This document shows positions 40,162 to 56,400 of a stretch of 64,000 nt of DNA, one piece after another. A program made the translations under genes and the position numbers. The notes beneath the pieces are model-generated. The model saw only the letters and a list, made by a program, of their open reading frames with translations, was not told the origin of the DNA and did no database searches. Each line of letters starts with the position of its first letter. Positions within the stretch are counted from its first letter, which is position 1. The stretch is from Tubiluchus corallicola (taxonomy: Eukaryota; Animalia; Priapulida): assembly GCA_030141605.1 (NCBI GenBank), contig JAQGDQ010000132.1, forward strand, positions 472,772 through 536,771. The letters are read 5' to 3'.

Positions 40162-43100
40162 ATGGGATGTTACTTCTCAAGAAATCGAGATAATTCGCTC
40201 GTACCTGTTTCCTCTGAATTAAGTGAACCAAGACGGTTTGCCCAGAGAACCGATAGAAGTGCTGAGGTACTACTGACATTAATTTCGCTTTTTGGGGTAT
40301 TTTGCAAATAGCACTATAGATATTAACGAGGTTTCGCAAATGCACAAAAACGAATACATAATAACAACCACTGTTTTTGTTCATCATCCGTCTATGTAGT
40401 ATCTAGGAAACTCACCTTAGATGCAAAGGCACTATATAATAAAACATCCTTTCATATTATTATACCAGCATTAATTTAATTTCAATTTATCTTTCAAATT
40501 GAATAACTCAGCTGGCTACATTGCTTTGGCACCGAGCTCTCAATTTGCTTTTGAAAATACTAACATATAGGGCACTAATCACATTGTCTGGCTAGGCAAT
40601 TCCAGCAGTGAATAACTCTTTTTGTTAGTGCCTATTATGTTAGTAGTAATCATATTAATAGGACATAATAGATAGATCGCAAGCCGCGTTTAGCCCATCC
40701 CACCTTGACACATAACACACATTTTCACAAACACTCACTCTCTGCAAGTCACTACAGTATATAAACAAGCGTGAAAAACATAGAAAATGGGTGAATTTTA
40801 AGTGATTTATCAGTGATTCAGGAAAATATATCGTGCTACAAACCAAGCTATAAGAACTTGTCTAGTAAATCCTTACAAAGAGGACTTAATTATTATATGG
40901 AAAGATATGCTCACTATATCAAGATTTATTGCAAAGTTTCAAACATAGTTACAATAAAAGTGCTAATTATATTAAAAGTTACAAAAAAGTACTAAAGTAA
41001 CAAATATGAAACGGTGTGCTAACTTTGCTTTACATGTTGTGTTGTAATGCAATTTTTTAAAACACTTTTACTTACACCAAAAACAAATTATTTTACTCTT
41101 TTGATTCTAACATAAACACAAAAACTGAATAAATTAAATAAAAAGTCAAGTAAGTTAGCCCAGCTGAACTATTTAACTATAATACTATACGCTCAGTTAT
41201 ACTCAACCAACTAAATTCTATTTTTTGCTGTACAGTACCTGTAATATCTTGTTGCAGTGCGTTAAGTCTTGATTTAGCAGGACACATTCTACAAGCAGCC
41301 AGCAGTAATAAATAATAGTACAGTGTAATAATAAAACACTAGAAAACTTCACTTTGAGCAGACATGATTTTTTATTAATTTTTAATGGGTTGAGCTGTTT
41401 GAGTGGCCTCCCGCATGCTCTGACCCAACAGTGACACTTGCCTAAGTCTTTTTTCGGTTGGAAAAACTTATAAGGAACTCCAAAATATTTGTTAAAAACT
41501 TAGCTTGAAATTATAATTACAGAATCGCTCAAAAAGAAAATAAAGAACAGTGTTTTTCATAACTATTGTAAAAATATTATTAAAGTTACTAAGCATTCTG
41601 TGGCCAAAGTTGGATATGCACTATTGTTCAGCATCTGATTGCAGCATGCTGATGAAGATACCCTTTTAATAAATTCTGATAATCTGGCTATGTGTAAACT
41701 CAGTTTATCTATTTGACAGGTAGATAACTAAAATTATAAACATATACAAAGTGAGTTACACTTAATAAACTCAAATTTAAAAAGCTGTTACCAAGTAACC
41801 TTTGAGACAGACTTGGTAAATGTAAAAAGAAGTAAACCGGTTGGTATGAGAAAGCAATGAGAGGTTATGAGATAGGTGGTATGGGAATAGGAATTATGTG
41901 CTAATCTAAATTGTATATGTTTAAGTAATAAGTAATATTAGTAAAAAAGGTTTGTTTGCATAAAGTGAAATGTGTTAGCTTATAATTGTTAGCTCGAGTA
42001 GAATACATGTATGTCTCTACCAAAACAAATCAAATTTCCAGCACTCTAGTTAGTTGAATTTAGCTTGTAATGCTTTTAATCATTCTTGCTAACAAATGGC
42101 ACACTATACATATAGTACACTATTACTTGCATTATTTACAAACTATTTTAGTATAAGTTTATGTTTAAGTTTATTGCCATAAAAACATTACATTCATACA
42201 TATAATATAGAATTCACATTAGTAAATATAAATAAAAAAGAAAAGAAAAAAATGAATGTGTTAGTAAATAATAAAATTTACATAAAAAATACAGATTTGC
42301 AGGGTTGCCACAGAATTTTAAAATAAATTTCACTGACTTTCCATGACCTTTCCCTGACAAAATATTGATTTTTCATGACCAAGATAAGCAGAAATTGTAT
42401 TACCAGTATACACATTCAAACATTTTTGTGTATAGACATTCATACATATACTGATATATAATATGTCGGCACAGTTGTAGTAGTGCTAACGAAATTACAC
42501 TAATTACATTAAACAAACTTTCTTAATCCAATCATTATTTTTGAACAGTAATCAAAACTGGGAGCCTGCCATTGCAAAATTTCATTTCAACACGAAATCG
42601 CTGAAAATATGTTCGGAAAAATATCGTTCACAGTGATTATTTTTGCAATCCTTTCCAATTTCCCTGACTTTTTGCCCCATTTTCATCATTTTCCCTGACT
42701 TTTTATCAAATTACCTTTTTCTTTGATTTTTCCATGACTTTCCAGGATAGGCTATATTTTCAAGGATTTTCCTTGACCATGAGAACCCTGGTTCTGGTAA
42801 ATAAAATACTTTACATTTAAGTTTCACCATCTAAATTCAATAATAAGCAAAAAAACGTAGCATGCATACAATTATCATTTTATTACTTATTAGGAGATTT
42901 TTCAAGAACAGAGGATCAGGAAAACAGTACTTGAATATCGACGTAAAAATTTATTCCCCGACTCGTGCATTGATGAGGAATCTCTCAAATCAGGAACATC
43001 GACTCGATATCCTTCACGGGATCCATCACGACAGCCATCATTAGCAGGTGAGAAAACATCATACATGTGACATGGTTTCTGTATTGTGCAAATGCTGTAC

Positions 43101-44520
43101 TTTAGTTATTTAACAATGTGTTTGTGCGACATGCTGATTTACAATTTGGGCTAGGCTAATGAAGCGGTATTTGGATGTTGTGGAGCAGCACACCATCTAG
43201 GTCCATAACATCTTGCTCAGAATGTCTTCCAACGTTTAAGCTCCCACTGTTGTTATTAGCTGAAAGGTGCTCTAGTTTCTGTGAATTTATAACAAATTGC
43301 TCTTTTTAATTTTGGGTGTATGTTTGTTATTGCTGATCCAATTTTTCATTGAATATTGTTGAAGTTTTACAATATGCTTTAAGGTTTATTCGGAGAAAAA
43401 ATTACAATGCAATATAACAACCAGAAAGTTGTCTATTAGCTCTTTTGTAGCTACCCAGATTTGCTGAAAGCTTCGTAACTGATACAAAAATTAGGACATA
43501 CTCAAATTGCTTTGGAGTCGAAATAACTATAATTGACAATACTTACTGGTAAAAACAGCTGTAAATGTGGTTAAAACGTAACATTCTCAGTTATCATACT
43601 TTTCACAAACTGTTTTATATTGCCATTTAAATCTTACTTCCAATTGGTGTGAGTTACATATGTTTTTACATTGGCATTGTCAAAAAATATATAGCTTTGT
43701 AGGTATTCACGATTCACCAACTTTAAATCAAACTATAATTGCAGGAGATCCTGCACAAGCAGGTAACAAAACTCAGCGAAAACAAAGTGAAGAGAGTCAG
43801 AAAAGTCAACAGCGGAAAAGTGTGGAAGAATCAACAGCAGTAGTACCTGATGGCAAGCAGCAAAACTTATTGACTCCTGATTACTCACCTGCTGTTAAAG
43901 ACAAGAGGAAAACGCCGGGTGAAGTGCCAACTATAACCATTCAAGTGCCCTCTGAAGAACACTTGAATAGTGCTCAAGCCAGCAAGCAGAACTTAGACAT
44001 TGAGAATTCAGCAGATGTTGCAGCTGTGACTGTTGAAAAGCAGAAAGAAGCATCTGTTAAGACTACTAAACAAAAACTGAAAGAGCTACCCAGAGCAGTG
44101 AAAGCATCAGTTAAAAGCAGCATACCAAATGTAGGCACACAACGGCCTAAGTCTTCTCCGGAAGTCTTAGAGCAGTTTGATATATCTCCTGAAGACATAA
44201 AGCGGTGTGCACTGTCTCCCACGGATACAGTTCGTGCAGACTCTCTACCAACTATTGAACAGACTCATGTGCCATCTATTAGTGAGGACTATGATGGTGA
44301 AATGGCAGAAAACAATGAAGACTTGACAGTCAAGATCGAAAACGATGACAAGGAAGACAAACCTGGTAGTTCAGTAGCAACAAGTTGCACAAACAAAGAC
44401 AGAAAAGATGGCATGATTAACAATTCGGATGAACAAGCTACAATAGCAAACAAAGACCAAATAACACGTCGCAAGAAAGGAATCAAACGGAAAAAATTCG
44501 TCAAAAGAAAGTCACACTGA
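40162..44520 (+). CDS. Unrecognised ~344-358 aa low-complexity protein with N-terminal MGCxxS motif and polybasic C-terminus
   Basis: Exon 40162-40266 (MGCYFSRNRD..DRSAE, phase-0 GT) joins exon 42894-43047 (EIFQEQRIRK..PSLA, phase-1 GTGAGA). That joins the long exon starting at 43703 or 43745 (both AG acceptors are phase-compatible), ending at TGA 44518-44520. The last exon is the 286-aa ORF of the track. Exon 1 is the least certain. Confidence 0.7.
42300..42790. mobile_element. MITE with CAGGGTT...AACCCTG termini and TTTCCATGAC/TTCCCTGAC subterminal repeats
   Basis: TIRs are visible. The first ~210 bp recur in reverse orientation at ~55235-55446. Confidence 0.8.
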
Positions 44521-45109
44521 AGGACAACTTATTCGCACTTCCAATCCAAATTTACTGCCAAAGAGAATCAGAGTTACAAATAAGAAGAATCTTGGAAAAT
44601 AGTAATATAGGTGGGCCGTAATAGAGAGTGAAGATCTTTAAAGTGTTGGTTAATGTAAAATGAGATGAAAATGGCATTACAAACTTTCAAAATAGATGTG
44701 TGCCTCTATTATTTTGAGTTTAAGACAATGAACTCAGCTTATCAGTGTGGTAAATTGTATAACAAACAGGCAAAGAAAGCAAAAAATATCAGAAGTGAGA
44801 CTAGTGTTGTGATCAAATTTAAATTAAGCATTATAATCGCTAGCGTGTATAACACGGGTAATTGTAGGAAACAAAGAGCTTTTGTGTATATATTTTTAAT
44901 TTATTAAATAAAGACAAAAATAAATCATTTGAATGATGAAGTTAGGTCAACTGGAGTTCAAATATGTTTTTAATATAGAGCAAATTTATGCACATTAACA
45001 CTACTTTATTATAAATCCATTTTACTAACGAATTCCCTTCATGATACTGTTATACTATCACGATTAGTGGTTGAGTGAGTACTCTCATAGAAACCCTTAT
45101 TTTTTCACA

Positions 45110-45440
45110 AAGTGATCATCGATTAAAGATTTAAACTTTACTAGGGTTGGTGCGGCAATCACCTTGGCAAGCAAATTATTCCACTCTTTCACTTCTCTCA
45201 CAGTAAGTGAATATGTACGACGTCGAGACGTAACTGCTCTTTAAAAAGTTTTAAACCGTGTCCATTAATTTTTGAATCAACAACTAAATTAAAAATTTCC
45301 AGGCAAAATGTTTTCTTTCTTAGTCAGTAATTTATGAATCTTTATAAGATCTCCAAAGTTGTCTTATTTATTCAAGCGTGGTCAAATGGCAATACTTCAA
45401 TCTTTCTAAATATGAGATTTTTACAACCAAATATTGTAAT
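45110..45440 (-). mobile_element. CR1-like LINE 3' fragment
   Basis: The minus strand reads ..VKEWNNLLAKVIAAPTLVKFKS.., a degenerate CR1 C-terminus. Confidence 0.65.
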
Positions 45441-47219
45441 GGCACAGGATGTAAAAGTTGACAAGCCACACAAACTGCATTACGGGGCTGGCTGGAAACT
45501 CTTACCCAACTGGTGGACGTAGTCCACTGGTTACTTATTGTGGCAGAAGGACAAAAAAGTTTTCTTAAAATATTTTTCTCAAAAGTTTAATAGAAAAAAC
45601 TTTTCCTCTCTTTATTAAAAAGGCAAACTGTTCTACTTTTTAATACACATGAAAGTTACAACATAATTACTACTTGAGGTAACATTTTTTCAGCGTGGCT
45701 GCATGCGCTGCAATTTGTCCCTATGTATATCCGCTATAGCGTCATACACAAAAACTTGGTAGTGGTAGGTGTTGTGCAAAATTATTATACAGTAACTGAG
45801 CTATTATAGTAGCAATCTTCTTCATCCTATAAATAGGTTTGCTGTTATAAAGATAAGATATATTGATTTTTGCAGTAGCACAGCTAGCCTTCCAAGCCCT
45901 CACAATTTAAGGTACTAAAATTCACTACATAAAAATTCAAACTTAAAAGTGTTATCTTGCGACTCATTGATTTGTGGTTGACTTCAAATTATACTATTAC
46001 AGTTACTCTAGCAACTCGCGCTACCACCTAGTCACCAACAAGTACGAGTCATGTGGGTGCTAATATCTTGAAAACTTCACTCCTTAATTAATTTTTGACC
46101 CCCCAAAGAACTCTTCAGTAGTTAAGTAACATCAGACATAAGAAGTGCCTACATGGGTGAGATATTTTGCAGAATTATTCTTTCAAGTTGTGCCCTGTTA
46201 AAGTGATATAAACAGTGAACCAAACAAAATCAATGGGTCCTTTTAGTATAGTTCTAAGAAATTCTGTGGAACAGTACCTAACATAAGGCAAAATTATCTT
46301 GCTAAGCATCACAGTTTTACACCACTTATTTCCATGTGTGCTTATTGTGTATATAGATTACTATTAATACTATGAGTGAGTGTGTAACAATCACTAAAAT
46401 AATGTTTAAAGATAGCAGCTGTATTTAGCAACGGGAATACATGTAAGTGGTGAAAATTCTAACAAAATTCTCATTTTAGAAGACAATATTTTCAAATCTT
46501 CGTAGCCATTTTCTTTGCTGCAACACCTAACCGCAACTATCTTAACACTAGATATATCTCTTTACTTGGTCCATCACAAGAACAACAACTTTTAGTCCCT
46601 GGGACATTTGTAAGATTTTTGACCCCTGTGGGATTAAACGAGGTTATTGGACTAACAGTCAGATCACTATATATTTGCTGAAGTTTAACAAATTAATACT
46701 ATTCACATGCGAAAACTTTTAATTTTCAATTTGTCCTAAAAAATAAAATATTATTAACTTTGCACCATTCATCAGAGAAACAATAAATGGCATTTACAGT
46801 CTTTGTACTGGTCGTTAGTTAACAAAAAAGCAAATATGAGAAAGTTCATATTACAAACATGAAAATATTGCAAATTCACAAGAAGAATGCTATCATTAAA
46901 AGAAGTACACAAAATTAGAATGTAACTTGTCTATTCAGCAAAAAGACCACAAAATGATGTTAAGAATTTAACACCAAAAATATAAAAATGTCTCATAGTG
47001 ACTTATAAAGCCAGAGCAGACAAATTTTACAAATGAAAACTAATTGTATTTTACTAAGCCAGCCATTGAGATTTTCTGGCTGAATGGAAGTTGAACGCAT
47101 CCATTTTAATAAAATTTGATATATTAGCTACACATGTTTGAGCTGTGACAAAAACAGATAAAATCATAAGATGTGATTTCAAAGATGTCACCTCCAATCC
47201 CAACAAACTCTGTACTTAA

Positions 47220-51556
<4,337 letters not shown>

Positions 51557-51696
51557 ATCTTCTTAGGCTAGCAGCTTAGCGTCAGCTTTCGTTCTGCCCC
51601 AGTCATACGATTTTCAGCCACTGATCCGATGACAACTGCAATATTTTTTAAACTAAACAACGGGATACTTTTCAAAAGAATATTATTTCAACAAAA

Positions 51697-52030
51697 ATTC
51701 TTCTTCTTCAAAATCTCATTCCACCTGTTGTAGGCATTGAGGTATCAACATTAATCAGAGTATTCCACGCTCTTCTATCTGCAGCTAACAGCGTAAGTTC
51801 TTCTACTCCTAAAGCTACATTTGGTTGAAGTTGTTGAACATCTTTATTTATCTTAGTTGTTTTAGGTTTACCAGGTGGCTTTTTTCAATAGATTAGCAAT
51901 GTCAGTTTTCGGCATGCATTTTTTATCAATATGAAATATCTTTAAAAATTCTTCTGTTTGAACCAAAATTTCGAAGATTTTTCTCATTGCTAAGTTTGGC
52001 TCTTTAAAAAGCTGAAACAGCTAGCAAATA
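51697..52030 (-). mobile_element. RTE-clade LINE 3' fragment
   Basis: The minus strand reads KKPPGKPKTTKINKDVQ..LAADRRAWN and ends in a (GAA)n tail. Confidence 0.7.
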
Positions 52031-52344
52031 AGAAATTTGTACTTAATTTTTACAATACAACAAGATATGTAGCAAAACTATAACTATAAACACTGAGTGA
52101 TGGTTGTTAAGGTGTAAAAATGTCACACCGCTATTAATTAATGTTGGAGAATTACTACTACTAATTAAGACTCCCCATTTGAGGCATTTCAGGTTTATTT
52201 CCCTCTCTCTTCCCCTTTCATGTTTCTGAAGTCCGGTGCTATAAAGAGATTTGACTGTATTGTAATTATAGCAATTATATATGTATAATTAGCTAATAAT
52301 AAATAAATAAATAATAATAAATAAATAAAGTAATAAATAATAGG

Positions 52345-53255
52345 TTGTAAAAATACTTATTACAACCACTAATAACAGTTCAGAATAAAATAGTTAAATA
52401 CATGACTTTCGTCAATTACAGAAACCATGCAACACCATCGTACATACACCTTAGTTTATTGAAAATAGAAGATATTTATAATCTTGAATTATTTAAATTC
52501 ATGTATAAGTATAATAACCGGCAGTTGCCTGAATTATATACTAACTACTTTACCTTAATCAAAGATGTTCACTCTCACTATACTAGGTCTTCAAGTATGG
52601 GACACTATTTTCAAACACGATTTAACACAGCGTATGGCTTAAATACCTTACAGCACAGTGGAGTTATTTTGTGGAATAGTGTACCCAATACAATCATTTC
52701 CTCTCCTTCTTTACAAATAGCTAGCAAACAATATAAGATATTTTTACTTAGTAAATATTCATTGGCGTACAAAACCAGAGCTTTTTGTGCACGTGTGTCT
52801 TTTGCTGTAATGTTTTTCTTTTACTAATAGATACCATTACGACCTTTGTTACTTTATTAGTAAAAGGTATAAATCAATTTAAATGAAATTATTCATTCAT
52901 CGCAGCCTATATCAAAATCGTAATTACATATTATGTTTTCCTTACGTTTCCTTGCTATTATTACATCATTTACTTTATTTCAAAATTATTTCAATATTTA
53001 TATCAAAATCGTAATTCCATATCATGTTTTCCTTATGCTTCCTTGCTATTATTACATCATTTACTTTATTACATCAATTTCATTGAGTTATCTACAAAAG
53101 CACGCATAACTTTAATAATTTTTTCATTTTCATTTAAGTAAGGTGAGTGTGTTAATGACCGTATGGTCGTACACTCACCTCACACTACTCAAATCATTTT
53201 ATTTATTGTTTATATATGTGTACAATATTGTATTTTGATATGTGAAATAAAATTC
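52345..53255 (+). mobile_element. L2/Crack/Daphne-type LINE 3' end with 3' UTR hairpin
   Basis: LQNKIVK..LLKIEDIYNLELFKFMYKY..HSHYTR..GVILWNSVP, followed by an internal ~90-bp duplication, the hairpin GGTGAGTGT..GACC-GTAT-GGTC..ACACTCACC (53141-53179) and AATAAA. Confidence 0.8.
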
Positions 53256-53404
53256 ATGGTTCATAGTATATGTGTATATACATATATGCATGCACACACA
53301 CATGAGTATATGTGTGCATATAATAGTCTAGTATAAAATAACACTTAAAATAAAATAATAATATTGTGAAAACATAAATTTTCCATAGATTTTCAATCAC
53401 TGGA

Positions 53405-56400
53405 ATGGAGAGTGAGATCATTGCTCGTGAATGGTATGGAACCCACCAAGAAAGACTGTACTTCATTGACTACAGTAAAAAATTGGCTGTATCATCTCCA
53501 GTCAACAAGACTTATTCATCACTTGAAGACTTCTTCCGAGTAAGCTAAACTGACTTTTGAAGCACTTATTTTTAGTCTACAAATAGAAACGAAGTCAAGA
53601 AATTTTGTATGCAGAGTATGCAAAGTTTTTCATTTGACAGCATTTGACTGTGGAAACAATCTGTCTGTGCTATTAAACAGCATGTTAATTCCTCGAGGGC
53701 GGCTCTTTCATGTATTAAATGAAGTAAGAGAAAGTGAAGGTATACTGTTAGAGTGTGTAGAATCAATAGTATTGTATTATAGTAAAGTCACTGTAGTTTA
53801 CTAAATAAAGGTAGGAACCAATTAATATCATATTAGTTACAGATTTACTAGTTACATTATGTCTAGTTATTGAAGTTAATGATTTACGAGGGTGCATTTA
53901 AATGAAAATGAGTTCAAAAAACATTGTTTGTGGTGTAGTAGAGAAAAAAGTATATTAGTGTTGATTTTTGCAACATTAGCAATGATTACTGGTCAGATTA
54001 ACTTTATTTGTAAGCATACTTTAAATATATGCACATACACGCTCTCACGTGCACACGCACGCATATACTGCTATGAAATATTTTTATAATGATTATATCA
54101 TATTGCTTATAGATTCCCTATTCGTATTACTTATGGTGCCCTTTGTCTGTGCGTATAATTTACTTTGTAGGTTTACATACATGTATTTGCAGTTTGTATA
54201 TTAATAGGCAGTTTTCTTGCCACAAGGATATCCACACAGTGTTAGTGAAGATTACTTAGCATATCAGATTTGGGACACAATTCAAGCATTTGCAAGCAGC
54301 ATTTCTAACTCATTAGCAACAAAGGCCATACTTACTGGGGTGGGGGTAGGTGACGAAGAAGCAACGGCAGTTGCTGCTACAATTACCTGGTTGCTTAAAG
54401 GTTTGTTCTCTGAAATTTTCATCTCTGTATCTTCTCTTTTACTTGCAAGTGTAATGATAATAACAATAATAATACTCGGATAGATAATTATATTTCCACT
54501 CACATTTTAAAATTTGCAGATGATACAAAATTGTATAATCCTATTAACTCTGTAGCGGATTCATTAGTTTTACAGCATGATATTGAACAACCATGTAGGT
54601 GGAGTAATGATTGGCAAATGTTATTTAATGTTGATAAAAGTGAGGTAATGCATTGCGGTTTTGGGAATCTTAAAAGTGATTATGTTATGAATGGAACAAC
54701 TCTTCAAAGTACAAATAGTAAAAATTTTCCCAGCAATATGTATCCTCTGTTAAGAAAGCAAATAAGATTTTGGGGATGATAAAGTGGCACATCATTTCTA
54801 GAAATAAAGAAATTGTATTGAAATTATGCATTTGTTTGGTTACACCTCATCTAGAATACTGCGTACAGCTTTGGAATCCCCATTATCAGAAAGATATATT
54901 GCTTATGGAAGGTGTACAAAGGCGTGCTACAAGAATAATGTTAGGTTGTAAAAATCTGACATATTTGGAAAGATTAATTGCAGTTTGACCACGCTTGAAT
55001 TAAGAAGACACTTTGGAGATCTCATTAAAGTTTATAAAATATTAACTAGAAAAGAAAGCATTTTGCTCAAAAAATCTTTAGTTTAGTTGTAGATTCGAGA
55101 ACTATAGCACATAATTTAAGATTTTTAAAGAGTGGTCACGTCTTGACATTCGTAAATGTTCATTTTCTGTGAGAGTTGTGAATAAATGGAATAATCTGCC
55201 TGCCATGTTGATTGGCGCACCAGAAAAAAGTTTCCTTAATGCGATTAGTGTAATTTCGTTAGCACTACTGCAACTGTGCCGACACATATATCAGTATATG
55301 TATGAATGTCCATCCACAAAAATGTTTAAATATCAGTACTGGTAATGTAATTTCTGCTTATCTTGGTCATGGAAAATCAATATTTGGTCAGGAAAAAGTC
55401 ATAGAAAAGTCAGGAAAATTTGTTTTAAAATTCTGTGAGTACCCTGTTTTATCAAATAAACCATGAATAGCAGTGCCACAGAAAGAGTGTTATAGTACTT
55501 CAGGTAATAAATTAAGTTGGTTCTGAAATTTTAGAAAAGTGTAAGTTAGGCTGAAAAAAGGTAAAGTCATCGTCATATGCAAGGCTGCTAGGTCTATAAC
55601 ATATTAACAATGCTGGACAAAATATTAATGAAATAGTCTATTTCAGATGGCACAAGTATGGTTGGAAGAATAATGTTTGCTTGGTCCAAAGGGTAAAAAA
55701 ATTTTATTTCAATAAATGCAATTGTCCGCAGTGTTTAATATATAACAATAATTAGTTTGCATTGACTTTGGCCCTTTCACATTATAATTTTTGCTTCTTT
55801 TTTGTAGATGTCATTTGTATTGTGGAACAATAAATGTTGAATTTTCAATTAATAACCATAAATACATAGAAAGTTGTTCATAGTAAATGATGGATGTAAG
55901 CAATGAAAACGTATAAACATTTTCCCAACCAAGGACTAACCAGTCGTATTCTGACATAGTTGTGTATGTGATGGGCGAGTAACAGATTAGTCAAATTAAT
56001 AATAATACCGATTACAGTCATGCATAAATCAATATAATATTCATTTAAAGAGTACTTATTTCAGTTAATTGAGATTAATCAAAAGCAAAATATATGTGAT
56101 ACACACTGACTAAAAGACTGTATTTTAGCACAAATAAACGGAACATTTGTGTTTTGTCTTCGTTTTTCTCACCTTACACATGCGCACAATTCCAAACTGT
56201 GTTGCAAACTGAGGGCTTTAAATTTGTTGGCTTGTGAAATGTGTAGTGACATAATTATAAACTAATAATGAAAAAGCAGTGTATGTCTATAAAAATAGTT
56301 TGCGAGGAAAACTATATACATCAGAAAACAATTTTTTCTAGGTCGTCTTTGGATGCTGACTGCAAGAGATGGAGACTGTTTGCAGATGTTTTACTAGACA

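Noticed and set aside
40813-40995. Extra exon of the 40162-44520 gene
   Set aside because: No convincing donor site; exons 1 and 2 already join in frame without it.
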